Assembly (NCBI GenBank): GCA_030840525.1
Contig: JAVEEI010000134.1
Coordinates: 1 to 63,355 of the forward strand
Source: Frankiaceae bacterium
GTDB lineage: Bacteria > Actinomycetota > Actinomycetes > JAFAQI01
Direction: 5' to 3'
DNA: 63,355 nucleotides
The translations under genes and the position numbers were made by a program. The notes beneath the pieces were generated by a model that saw only the letters and a list, made by a program, of their open reading frames with translations, had not been told where the DNA came from and did not search any database. Below are positions 17,475-25,973 of the stretch, piece after piece (the first letter of the stretch is position 1; every line of letters begins with the position of its first letter).

Positions 17475-18383
17475 ATGACCGCACACGTCTACGAGCTGTC
17501 GCACCTCCAGGCGCTTGAGGCCGAGGCGATCCACATCACCCGCGAGGTCGCCGCCGAGTTCGAGCGTCCGGTGCTGCTGTTCTCCGGCGGCAAGGACTCG
17601 GTCGTGATGCTGCACCTCGCGGCGAAGGCGTTCTGGCCGGCACGGATCCCGTTCCCCGTCATGCACGTCGACACCGGGCACAACTTCCCGGAGGTGCTCG
17701 AGTTTCGCGACCGGACGGTCGAGCGGCTCGGGGTGAGGCTCGTCGTCGCCAGCGTCGAGGACTCCATCGCGCAAGGCCGCGTCCGCGAGCGGCCCGACGG
17801 CGTCCGCAACCCGCTGCAGACCGTCACGTTGCTCGACGCGATCAGCGCCGGCGGCTACGACGCGGTGTTCGGCGGCGCGCGCCGCGACGAGGAGAAGGCG
17901 CGGGCGAAGGAGCGGGTCTTCTCCTTCCGCGACGAGTTCGGCCAGTGGGACCCGAAGAACCAGCGGCCCGAGCTGTGGTCGCTCTACAACGGGCGGCACC
18001 ACCGCGGCGAGCACATCCGGGTGTTCCCGCTCTCCAACTGGACCGAGCTCGACATCTGGCAGTACCTCGCCGCCGAGAACATCGAGCTCCCGTCGATCTA
18101 CTTCGCCCACCAGCGCGAGGTCTTCCGCCGCGACAACATGTGGCTCGCGGTCAGCCCGTTCACCAGCCCGCGCGAGGGCGAGGAGGTCGCGACCCTCACC
18201 GTCCGCTACCGCACCGTCGGCGACGTCCCGGTCACTGGCGCGGTCGAGTCGACCGCCGCGTCGTACGACGAGGTCATCGCCGAGACCGCGGCGACCAGGC
18301 TGACCGAGCGCGGCGCGACCCGCGCCGACGACCGGCTGTCCGAAGCCGCGATGGAAGACCGCAAGCGCGAGGTTTACTTCTGA
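17475..18383 (+). CDS. cysD: sulfate adenylyltransferase subunit 2
   Basis: 302 aa with an SGGKDS PP-loop and a conserved CysD motif order throughout. Confidence 0.95.
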   Translation: MTAHVYELSHLQALEAEAIHITREVAAEFERPVLLFSGGKDSVVMLHLAAKAFWPARIPFPVMHVDTGHNFPEVLEFRDRTVERLGVRLVVASVEDSIAQGRVRERPDGVRNPLQTVTLLDAISAGGYDAVFGGARRDEEKARAKERVFSFRDEFGQWDPKNQRPELWSLYNGRHHRGEHIRVFPLSNWTELDIWQYLAAENIELPSIYFAHQREVFRRDNMWLAVSPFTSPREGEEVATLTVRYRTVGDVPVTGAVESTAASYDEVIAETAATRLTERGATRADDRLSEAAMEDRKREVYF

Positions 18384-18403
18384 TGCGCGCGACGGTTCAC
18401 GAG

Positions 18404-18447
18404 TTGTCAGCACCACGCGGGGCCATAGCCACGCCTGGTGCTGACAA
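18404..18447 (+). other. perfect 12-bp hairpin in the cysD-cysN spacer
   Basis: TTGTCAGCACCA (18404-18415) pairs with TGGTGCTGACAA (18436-18447); 20-nt loop. Confidence 0.6.
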
Positions 18448-18480
18448 GTCCGGGCGGGCGGGCAAGTCCGGGTGGGCGGG
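18445..18480 (+). repeat. tandem 18-nt duplication (2 copies, 1 mismatch)
   Basis: CAAGTCCGGGCGGGCGGG followed by CAAGTCCGGGTGGGCGGG, immediately upstream of the cysN start. Confidence 0.8.
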
Positions 18481-18483
18481 CTG

Positions 18484-19734
18484 ATGGAGCTCCTCCGCTT
18501 CGCCACCGCGGGCAGTGTCGACGACGGGAAGTCGACGCTGATCGGCCGGCTGCTCTACGACACCAAGAGCATCTTCGAAGACCAGCTCGAGTCGATCGAG
18601 CGCACGTCCCGCGACCGCGGCGACGAGCAGACCAACCTCGCGCTGCTCACCGACGGCCTGCGCGCCGAGCGCGAGCAGGGCATCACCATCGACGTCGCCT
18701 ACCGCTACTTCGCGACCCCCAAGCGCAAGTTCATCATCGCCGACACCCCGGGGCACATCCAGTACACCCGCAACATGGTCACCGGCGCATCGACCGCCAA
18801 CCTCGCACTGATCCTCGTCGACGCGCGCAACGGCCTCGTCGAGCAGTCGCGGCGGCACGCGTTCATCGCGAGCCTGCTCCGCGTCCCGCACCTCGTCCTC
18901 TGCGTCAACAAGATGGACCTCGTCGACTACGACGAGTCGGTCTTCGAGCGGATCAAGGCGGAGTTCCGCCAGTTCGCCACGAAGCTCGACATCACCGACC
19001 TGACCTTCGTCCCGGTCAGCGCACTGCACGGCGACAACATCGTGCACCGCAGCGCCAACATGCCGTGGTACGACGGCACCTCGCTGCTGCACCACCTCGA
19101 AGAGGTGCACATCGCCAGCGACCGCAACCTCATCGACGCGCGGTTCCCGGTGCAGTACGTCATCCGCCCGCAGGCCCAGACCAACCACGACCTGCACGAC
19201 TACCGCGGCTACGCCGGCACGGTCGCCGGCGGCGTCCTCAAGGCCGGCGACGAGGTCGTCGTACTCCCGAGCGGTCTCACCACGCGGATCGACGGCATCG
19301 ACACCGCCGACGGCCCGGTGTCCGAAGCCTTCGCGCCGATGTCCGTGACGGTACGGCTGACCGACGACGTCGACGTCTCCCGCGGCGACATGATCTGCCG
19401 AGTGCACAACCAGCCGCGGGTCACCCAAGACCTCGACGCGATGGTCTGCTGGCTCTCCGACCAGCCGCTGCACGTGCGCGGCATGTACGCCGTCAAGCAC
19501 ACGACCCGCAGCGTCCGCGCGCAGGTCCGCGACCTCACCTACCGGATCGATGTCAACTCGCTGCACCGCGACGAAGCCGCGACATCGTTGGGACTCAACG
19601 ACATCGGCCGGGTCAGCCTGCGCACGACGCAGCCGCTGTTCGTCGACGAGTACCGCCGCAACCGCACCACCGGGTCGTTCCTGCTGATCGACGAGTCGAC
19701 CGGCGCGACCGTCGGCGCCGGCATGCTCCTGTGA
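18484..19734 (+). CDS. cysN: sulfate adenylyltransferase subunit 1 (GTPase), without a fused APS kinase domain
   Basis: G1 AGSVDDGKST, G3 DTPGH, G4 NKMD. ATG 18484 is preferred over in-frame GTG 18472. Confidence 0.92.
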   Translation: MELLRFATAGSVDDGKSTLIGRLLYDTKSIFEDQLESIERTSRDRGDEQTNLALLTDGLRAEREQGITIDVAYRYFATPKRKFIIADTPGHIQYTRNMVTGASTANLALILVDARNGLVEQSRRHAFIASLLRVPHLVLCVNKMDLVDYDESVFERIKAEFRQFATKLDITDLTFVPVSALHGDNIVHRSANMPWYDGTSLLHHLEEVHIASDRNLIDARFPVQYVIRPQAQTNHDLHDYRGYAGTVAGGVLKAGDEVVVLPSGLTTRIDGIDTADGPVSEAFAPMSVTVRLTDDVDVSRGDMICRVHNQPRVTQDLDAMVCWLSDQPLHVRGMYAVKHTTRSVRAQVRDLTYRIDVNSLHRDEAATSLGLNDIGRVSLRTTQPLFVDEYRRNRTTGSFLLIDESTGATVGAGMLL

Positions 19735-20510
19735 CGCCCGCGCCGACCGCAGGCACGTACGACGACGCCGAGCTCGCCCGCGACCTCGCGACGCGCGCCG
19801 GCCACCTCTTGCTGCAGTTGCGCGCGCGGATGGGCTACGGCGATCCCGACGCGCTGCGCGCGGCCGGCGACCAGCACAGCCACGAGTTCCTCGCCGCCGA
19901 GCTGGCCACGCACCGGCCGGGCGACGCCGTACTGTCCGAGGAAGGCGCCGACGACCTGTCCCGCCTCGACGCCGACCGGCTCTGGATCGTCGACCCGCTC
20001 GACGGGACGTCCGAGTTCGGCGAGACCGACCGCACCGACTGGGCCGTCCACGTCGCGCTCTGGGAACGCGCCGCCGGCGGCCTCACCGCTGCCGCGGTCG
20101 CGCTCCCCGCGCGCCGTACGACGCTGTCGACCGACGGCGGTTTCCCGCCGCTGCCGCCGGTCGGCACGCCGCCGCGGATCGCGATGAGCCGGTCGCGCGC
20201 GCCGGCGTTCGTCGTCGACGTCGCCGAGCAGGTCGGCGCCGTACCGACACCGATCGGCTCCGCCGGGATGAAGGCGATGGCGATCCTGCTCGGCGAGGCC
20301 GACGCCTACCTGCACCGGGGCCGGATGAAGGAGTGGGACTCGGCCGCACCGGCAGCGGTCGCGGCCGCGGCCGGGCTGCACGTGAGCCGGCTCGACGGCT
20401 CGCCGCTCACGTTCAACACCGAGCACCGGCTCACCCTCGACCTGCTGATCTGCCAGCCGTCACTGGCCGAGCCGCTGCTCGCCGCGCTCGCCCGCACCGG
20501 ACGCGACTAG
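19731..20510 (+). CDS. cysQ: 3'(2'),5'-bisphosphate nucleotidase
   Basis: IMPase-fold motifs (SEEG, WIVDPLDGT, WDSAAP). GTG 19731 overlaps the cysN stop (GTGA). Confidence 0.82.
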   Translation: MTPAPTAGTYDDAELARDLATRAGHLLLQLRARMGYGDPDALRAAGDQHSHEFLAAELATHRPGDAVLSEEGADDLSRLDADRLWIVDPLDGTSEFGETDRTDWAVHVALWERAAGGLTAAAVALPARRTTLSTDGGFPPLPPVGTPPRIAMSRSRAPAFVVDVAEQVGAVPTPIGSAGMKAMAILLGEADAYLHRGRMKEWDSAAPAAVAAAAGLHVSRLDGSPLTFNTEHRLTLDLLICQPSLAEPLLAALARTGRD

Positions 20511-20526
20511 CGCGCACCGCACCCGA

Positions 20527-21051
20527 CTAGAGGTCGAGCGGGCCATCCCACGGCCGCGGTGGCTCGCCCGCGATCTGCCGGCGGAACTCGTCGAGGTACC
20601 ACTGGGAGAACCGGACCACCAGCGCCGGCCTGGCCAGCGAGAGCAGCCGCCGCTCGCGGCAGAACTCGTCGGCCTCGCTCATCAACGCGCTCAGCTCGTC
20701 CGCGGCGGCTTGGACGTGGTCGGGCACGTGGTAGGTCAGGTCGATCGAGGTCTCGCCGCGCGCCATCGCCGCGTCGACCTCGGCATCCGGCCGGGCGGCG
20801 GCCGCGGCGTACCGGCGACCGAGTACGTCGACCAGCTCGAGCAGCCGCTTCGGCGTGTGCTCGGCGTCGGCGTCCTCGGCCAGCGCGAGCATCGCGAACT
20901 CGCGCATCACGTCGTCGTGGTGCTCGCGGCCGGCGACGAGCAGCCGCACCGGCACGTTCAACAGCCGCACCTCGTGCAGCCCGTCGGTGCCGTCCGGGTC
21001 GTACCGGCCGAGCGGCGAGCCGTGCGGCTCGGCCGCTTCCCCGGCCGTCAT
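20527..21051 (-). CDS. uncharacterised ~170-aa helical protein, partner of the upstream RsbW-like ATPase
   Basis: 174 aa. ATG overlaps the upstream stop (ATGA at 21048-21051). Homologous by eye to the central region of the 53121..54353 product. Confidence 0.65.
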   Translation of the reverse strand: MTAGEAAEPHGSPLGRYDPDGTDGLHEVRLLNVPVRLLVAGREHHDDVMREFAMLALAEDADAEHTPKRLLELVDVLGRRYAAAAARPDAEVDAAMARGETSIDLTYHVPDHVQAAADELSALMSEADEFCRERRLLSLARPALVVRFSQWYLDEFRRQIAGEPPRPWDGPLDL

Positions 21052-21488
21052 CCCTGCGCCTCGTCGGTCGCGTCGTCGACACCCTGCCACGGGTCGCGGC
21101 CGCTGCTGAGTGCGAACCACACCGTCTTGCCGCCGTCGGACACCTCGGCGTCCCACTCGTCGGCGAGCCGGCTGAGCAGCAGCAGCCCGCGCCCGGTGGT
21201 CGCGCTCGACGACCGCGGCCGCACCGTCGGTACGACGGTGGACGCATCGGTGACCGCGATGCGGACGCCGGAGCCGGTGTGCTCGATCGTCAGCCGGATC
21301 GGGGACCGGGCGTGCAGCAGCGAGTTGGTCACGACCTCGCTGGTCAGCAGTTGAGCCGCGTCGCTGATGGAGTCGAGCTGCCAGTCCGCAAGGGTCGCGC
21401 GCACGTGCCGCCGGGCCTCGACCACCGACCGAGCGACCGGCGGCAGAGCCCAGCTCGCGGAGCTCGCGGTGCGTATCACTGGGCACAT
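21048..21488 (-). CDS. RsbW-like ATP-binding protein (HATPase_c_2, anti-sigma-factor/Ser kinase fold)
   Basis: 146 aa with N-box LTSEVVTNSLLHA and TGRGLLLLSRLADEW. The G1 box looks degenerate (VTDASTV). Confidence 0.72.
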   Translation of the reverse strand: MCPVIRTASSASWALPPVARSVVEARRHVRATLADWQLDSISDAAQLLTSEVVTNSLLHARSPIRLTIEHTGSGVRIAVTDASTVVPTVRPRSSSATTGRGLLLLSRLADEWDAEVSDGGKTVWFALSSGRDPWQGVDDATDEAQG

Positions 21489-21526
21489 CGTGACACGCGT
21501 CTAACGGTTGAGCTAGTCCGTACCGC

Positions 21527-22537
21527 CTACGCCGGCGACGAGTCGCTCGCATTCGTCGGGATTGTGCCGACCACCACCCGCACCGCGTCTTCGACCGACA
21601 TCGCACTGGTATCGACGACGACGTCGGCATCGTCGGGCGCCTCGTACGGGTCGTCGATCCCGGTGAACCCTTGGATCTCGCCGGCCCGCGCGCGGGCGTA
21701 CAGCCCTTTGACGTCGCGCGCCTCGCACACCTCGAGCGGCGTCGACACCCAGACGAGGACGAAGCTGCCGGCTCCCGCCGCGGCCTCGACGGTACGGCGC
21801 ACCCACTGCCGGGTCTCGGCGTACGGCGCGATCGGCGCGCACACCGCGATGCCGCCGTGCTTCGCGACCTCGGCGGCGACCCAGCCGATCCGCCGGATGT
21901 TCGTGTCGCGGTCCTCCCGGGAGAAGCCGAGCCCGCGGGACAGGTGCGTGCGGACGACATCGCCGTCGAGCAGCGTGACCGTGCGCTGCTCGGCGAGCCG
22001 GCCGACGAGGGCGCGCGCGACCGTCGACTTGCCCGAGCCGGACAGCCCGGTGAAGAACACGACCAATCCGCCGCAACCGGGCTGCTCGACCGTCGCGACG
22101 TCGACCCGGCCCGCCGACGAGTACGCCGCGGCCACCTCGTCGACCCGGTCGGCGGCGTCGTACGGGGTGAACGGGATCTCGACAACAGTCGGCGCGGTCG
22201 CGCGCCACGCGTGCGCCCACGTGACGAAGCGCGCGTCGTCGGGCCGTACCCCGCCGGTGGGCAGCAGCAGTACGGCGTCCGCGGTCGGCAGCGCACCCAC
22301 GGGAAGGGCGTCGGGTACGGCGACGACGACGGGTGCGTCCGTGCGTACCGCCGCTGGTGCCGGCCACGGGCTCGGCCGGCGCAACTGCACCTGGCCGTCG
22401 GCCAGGTGCGCGATCTCGTTGCCTTCGGCGTCGAGGTAGACGTCGGCCGGCGGCAACGCGGCGACGTCGAGCAAGCCGAGGGCGGCTTGGTGCAGCCGGG
22501 CGATCTGCCCGTCGTCGAGCGTTAGCCTGCGACTCAT
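21527..22537 (-). CDS. cysC: adenylyl-sulfate (APS) kinase with ~155-aa N-terminal extension
   Basis: The C-terminal ~180 aa carries P-loop [16 protein letters not shown] and FSREDR motifs. The N-terminal extension has high GC3 (so it is coding) and loosely resembles the PUA-like N-domain of ATP sulfurylase. Confidence 0.85.
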   Translation of the reverse strand: MSRRLTLDDGQIARLHQAALGLLDVAALPPADVYLDAEGNEIAHLADGQVQLRRPSPWPAPAAVRTDAPVVVAVPDALPVGALPTADAVLLLPTGGVRPDDARFVTWAHAWRATAPTVVEIPFTPYDAADRVDEVAAAYSSAGRVDVATVEQPGCGGLVVFFTGLSGSGKSTVARALVGRLAEQRTVTLLDGDVVRTHLSRGLGFSREDRDTNIRRIGWVAAEVAKHGGIAVCAPIAPYAETRQWVRRTVEAAAGAGSFVLVWVSTPLEVCEARDVKGLYARARAGEIQGFTGIDDPYEAPDDADVVVDTSAMSVEDAVRVVVGTIPTNASDSSPA

Positions 22538-23570
22538 GGCGCCGATCATGCACCCCGCGACCCGCATGGCCGCCGCGGGTCTCGTCGCCATGCTCGCCCT
22601 GGCGGTGCCGGGCCGTGCCGCGGCCGAGCAGAGCGGCGTGTCGGTCACCCCGGTGCCGGGCGACAAGTACGCGTCCACGAGCGGCACCCACCTCGAGCTC
22701 GGTGTCGTCAACCCCGGGGTGCCGTTCGACGACCGGGTCCGCATCCTCAACGTCGGGTCGAACCCGACCACCATCGACGTCTACCCGGCCGACGCGATCC
22801 CCGCGTTCAACGGCGGCTTCGGGTTCACCGCGAAAGGCCAGCCGACGCACGACGTCGGGTCGTGGATCCGGATGGCCGCGACGAGGCTGCAACTGCCCGG
22901 CCACTCGTCGACCGTCGTACCGTTCCGGCTCGTCGTCCCGCCCGGCGCGGGCGGCGGCGAGCACGTCGGCGGCATCGTCGCCGAGCCGGTGACGGCCGGC
23001 AGCGGCGGCGGGGTGCAGACGAAGACGCGGTTCGCGATGGGGGTCTACCTGACCGTCCCCGGTACGCCGACGACGTCGCCGGCGCCGGCGCCCAGCGGGT
23101 CGCCGGGCGGGCACACCGGCCCGCCGCCCACGACGGTGACGGTCACGAAGCTCGTGCTGCATCCCGACGGCCGCTCGATCTGCCCGCGCGTGACGTACAC
23201 CAACCCCACCGGCGCGGTCATCGACCCGCGCGCGCGGCTCACCGTCGACTCGCCGCTCGGCCTCGGCACCCGTCGGGTCACCGTCGACCGGCTCGGCGCG
23301 CTGCTGCCCGGCGCGAGCGCGACGGTCACCCTGCCGTGCATCCACGGCCTGCCGCCGGGACCCGACTCGGTCAAGCTGACGCTGACCTCGCCGCAGGGCA
23401 CGACGACGGCGACGCAGGATGTGTTCGTCGACGGCTGGCCGCTGTTCTTCGCGCTGCTGTTCCTGCTGATCCTGCTGGTGCTGATCGGCTTCGAGCTGTG
23501 GCGCCGGCACCGCGCGCGGCAGCGCGAGCTCGAAGCCCTGCGCGCGGTGGTGGGCGGGCAGCAACCGTAG
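22536..23570 (+). CDS. DUF916/DUF3324-like cell-surface protein (WxL-locus partner) with C-terminal TM anchor
   Basis: Signal peptide ([20 protein letters not shown]), the pattern ...[12 protein letters not shown]..., and a C-terminal TM plus basic tail. Possible internal starts at 22548 and 22566. Confidence 0.65.
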   Translation: MAPIMHPATRMAAAGLVAMLALAVPGRAAAEQSGVSVTPVPGDKYASTSGTHLELGVVNPGVPFDDRVRILNVGSNPTTIDVYPADAIPAFNGGFGFTAKGQPTHDVGSWIRMAATRLQLPGHSSTVVPFRLVVPPGAGGGEHVGGIVAEPVTAGSGGGVQTKTRFAMGVYLTVPGTPTTSPAPAPSGSPGGHTGPPPTTVTVTKLVLHPDGRSICPRVTYTNPTGAVIDPRARLTVDSPLGLGTRRVTVDRLGALLPGASATVTLPCIHGLPPGPDSVKLTLTSPQGTTTATQDVFVDGWPLFFALLFLLILLVLIGFELWRRHRARQRELEALRAVVGGQQP

Positions 23571-23605
23571 CCAGGCACGCTCGCACTACGCCGTTCGCTC
23601 GGGGG

Positions 23606-23623
23606 CTAGTCACAAATGACTAG
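23606..23623. promoter_or_regulatory. 18-bp palindrome CTAGTCA-caaa-TGACTAG upstream of the WxL gene
   Basis: Perfect 7+7 inverted repeat in a low-GC patch. A related site, TGAC-c-TAGTCA, lies at 23693-23703, 33 nt before the ATG. Confidence 0.4.
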
Positions 23624-23735
23624 AGGACAAATGGTTAGCGCGAGCCATGCGCCTTGTCCGTTGGGTTCCCGATATCACCCGAGAAGAGGTTCTGACCTAG
23701 TCAATCCCGCGCCGTAGCGGCGCCAGGAGGTAGAG

Positions 23736-24293
23736 ATGATCCGCACCACGCGTTCCCGTCTGGTCGTCGCCGGTGTCGCCGGCGTCACGCTGGCGTGCAC
23801 GCCGCTCGCGGCGTTCGCCGGGTCGGGCACCGGGACCGTGACCACCACGGTCACGGCCACCGCGACGAGCGGTGCGCTCACGATCGCCGGCACCGGTGTC
23901 GCCGTCTCGGTGAGCACGGCGCCGGGCACCTTCAGCAGCTCCATCGGCGCGACCGTTCTGTCGGTCAGCGACCTCACCGGCACCACCAACGGCTGGGCGG
24001 TCACCGCGACCTACAGCGACCCGGCCGTCGGTGCCGGGCTCGGCGCGGACAACGTCGAGGTGAGCACCTCCAACGTCGTACCGAACGCGCTCGGCGGCGT
24101 CCTCGCGAGCAACGTGACGACCGTCACCGACCAGCTGCTGACCACGCCGGTGACGGTGCTGACGACCGGCAGCAACTCGGGCGCCGGCGTCACCGCCGCG
24201 ACCGCGGCGGTCAAGGTCCGGGTGCCGCAGACCGCGCAGACCGGCAGCGTCTACGGCGGCGTCGTCACCTACACGGTGGCCAGCGTCCGCTAG
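23736..24293 (+). CDS. WxL-domain-like secreted surface protein
   Basis: 185 aa with a signal peptide and a Thr/Val-rich beta pattern. GWAVTATYSD (WxL-type motif) and C-terminal YGGVVTYTV. RBS AGGAGG lies upstream. Confidence 0.65.
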   Translation: MIRTTRSRLVVAGVAGVTLACTPLAAFAGSGTGTVTTTVTATATSGALTIAGTGVAVSVSTAPGTFSSSIGATVLSVSDLTGTTNGWAVTATYSDPAVGAGLGADNVEVSTSNVVPNALGGVLASNVTTVTDQLLTTPVTVLTTGSNSGAGVTAATAAVKVRVPQTAQTGSVYGGVVTYTVASVR

Positions 24294-24301
24294 TCGGTTC
24301 G

Positions 24302-24664
24302 TCAGTAGACCAACGCTTGGGCGCCGTCCGCCAGCGCTTCGGCCACGAACGTCTGCGCACCGGCGACCCGTACGCCGGGCAGTACGTCGTCCGCGCCGAT
24401 GTCGCGGCGGGCGGCGCACTGCGTGCACAGGGTCAACGTCCCGTTCGCGAGCACCGCGTCGCGCATGCCGGCGAGCGGTGCGGAGTGCGGTAGCTCGAAC
24501 TCCTCGGCCCGCCCGGGCAGCGCCAGCCACGACGCTTCGCCGGTGAGCCACAGCGATACGTCGACGCCGCTCGCGACCGCGACGGACGCGACCGTGAACG
24601 CCTGCGCGCACCGCTCGGCGGCTTCGACGCCGGCGGTCAGCTTGACGACGAGGGAGCGGCTCAT
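24302..24664 (-). CDS. DsrE/DsrF-family sulfur-relay-like protein
   Basis: 120 aa. VVKLTAG...AFTVA N-terminus and a Cys-containing C-half typical of the DsrE fold. Confidence 0.72.
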   Translation of the reverse strand: MSRSLVVKLTAGVEAAERCAQAFTVASVAVASGVDVSLWLTGEASWLALPGRAEEFELPHSAPLAGMRDAVLANGTLTLCTQCAARRDIGADDVLPGVRVAGAQTFVAEALADGAQALVY

Positions 24665-24702
24665 CCGGCGAGCGTAGATCGCCGCGACGGTAAGTTGCAG
24701 GC

Positions 24703-25839
24703 GTGGACTTCTCGATCACCGACGAGCAGAAGGCGTTCCGCGCCAGCGTCCTGGAGTGGGCCGGCGACGTCGTCGCGCCGGGTGCGGCCGAGCGCGACCG
24801 CGAAGGCCGTTGGGACGCAGCGGTCTGGAAGTCGTTCGCCGGCTTCGGTCTCGCCGGGCTTCCGATCCCCGAGGAGTACGGCGGCGGCGGCGCGTCGATC
24901 CTCGACTGCTGCCTCGCCAACGAGGCCATCGCCGAGGGTGGGCACGACGGCGGGTTCAACCTCTCGCTCGGCGCGCACTGGGTCATCGGCACCGTGCCGA
25001 TCTGGTTGCACGGCACGGAAAAGCAGAAGCAGACCTACCTGCCGAGGCTGTGCGACGGGAGCTGGATCGGCGCGTGGGCGTCGACCGAGCCGGAGGCCGG
25101 CTCCGACGCCGCCGGGCTGCGCACGACCGCCGTGCGCGACGGTGACGAGTGGGTGCTCAACGGTACGAAGATCTTCATCACCAACGGTCCGATCGCGCAG
25201 CTCTGCACGGTGCTCGCGAAGACGTCGGACAAAGGCGCGACCGCGTTCCTCGTCGAGACCGACAACCCCGGCTTCCGGGTCGGCCGCGAGCTCGACAAGA
25301 TGGGCTGCCGCTCGTCGCCGACCGCGGAGATCGCGCTGGTCGACTGCCGGGTGCCGGCCGACGCCGTGCTCGGCGTGCACGACGAGGCGTTGTGGCGCAT
25401 CGCGTTCGAGTGCTTCGACTGGGAGCGCACCGTCATGATGGCGAGCGCCATCGGCGGCATGCAGAGCACGTTGAACGTCACGATCCGCTACGCGAAGGAG
25501 CGGCAGCAGTTCGGCCGGCCGATCGCGCATTTCCAGGCGATCGCGCACAAGCTCGCCGAGATGAAGGTGCGGCTCGAGGCGTGCCGCACCGCGGTCTACC
25601 GTGCGGCCTGGCTGAAGCAGAACGGGCAGCCACACCAGATGGAAGCGTCGATTGCGAAGTTCATGTGCGGCGAGATGTCCGTGCAGAACGCGCTCGACGC
25701 GATCCAGATCCACGGCGGCTACGGCTACCTGCGCGACTTCCCGGTGGAGCGGGCACTGCGCGACGCGAAGCTCGGCTCGATCGGCGGCGGTACGTCGGAG
25801 ATCCAGAAGCTCATCATCAGCCGGCTGTTGCTGGAGTAG
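24703..25839 (+). CDS. acyl-CoA dehydrogenase
   Basis: 378 aa with motifs AWASTEPEAGSD, ITNG, QIHGGYGY and GGTSEIQ. Confidence 0.9.
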   Translation: MDFSITDEQKAFRASVLEWAGDVVAPGAAERDREGRWDAAVWKSFAGFGLAGLPIPEEYGGGGASILDCCLANEAIAEGGHDGGFNLSLGAHWVIGTVPIWLHGTEKQKQTYLPRLCDGSWIGAWASTEPEAGSDAAGLRTTAVRDGDEWVLNGTKIFITNGPIAQLCTVLAKTSDKGATAFLVETDNPGFRVGRELDKMGCRSSPTAEIALVDCRVPADAVLGVHDEALWRIAFECFDWERTVMMASAIGGMQSTLNVTIRYAKERQQFGRPIAHFQAIAHKLAEMKVRLEACRTAVYRAAWLKQNGQPHQMEASIAKFMCGEMSVQNALDAIQIHGGYGYLRDFPVERALRDAKLGSIGGGTSEIQKLIISRLLLE

Positions 25840-25868
25840 CCCGTCTCTGCCAGCGGCCGGCAGCCTGG

Positions 25869-25935
25869 CAAGATCATCGCGGCCTCAGGCAGTCGCCGCG
25901 GACCGGAACGGCTGGCACAAGCCGCGATGATCTTG
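25869..25935. terminator. 15-bp perfect inverted repeat between convergent genes
   Basis: CAAGATCATCGCGGC (25869-25883) pairs with GCCGCGATGATCTTG (25921-25935); 37-nt loop. Confidence 0.5.
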
Positions 25936-25973
25936 GGAGACCGTGGCTGACGACTCGCGGCGTGCGCCCTGCG

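Noticed and set aside
18472-18483. GTG 18472 as the cysN start (as in the ORF track).
   Set aside because: ATG 18484 gives the usual CysN N-terminus (MELLRFATAGSVDDGKST) and forms a TGATG junction with the upstream mini-ORF. GTG 18472 cannot be excluded.
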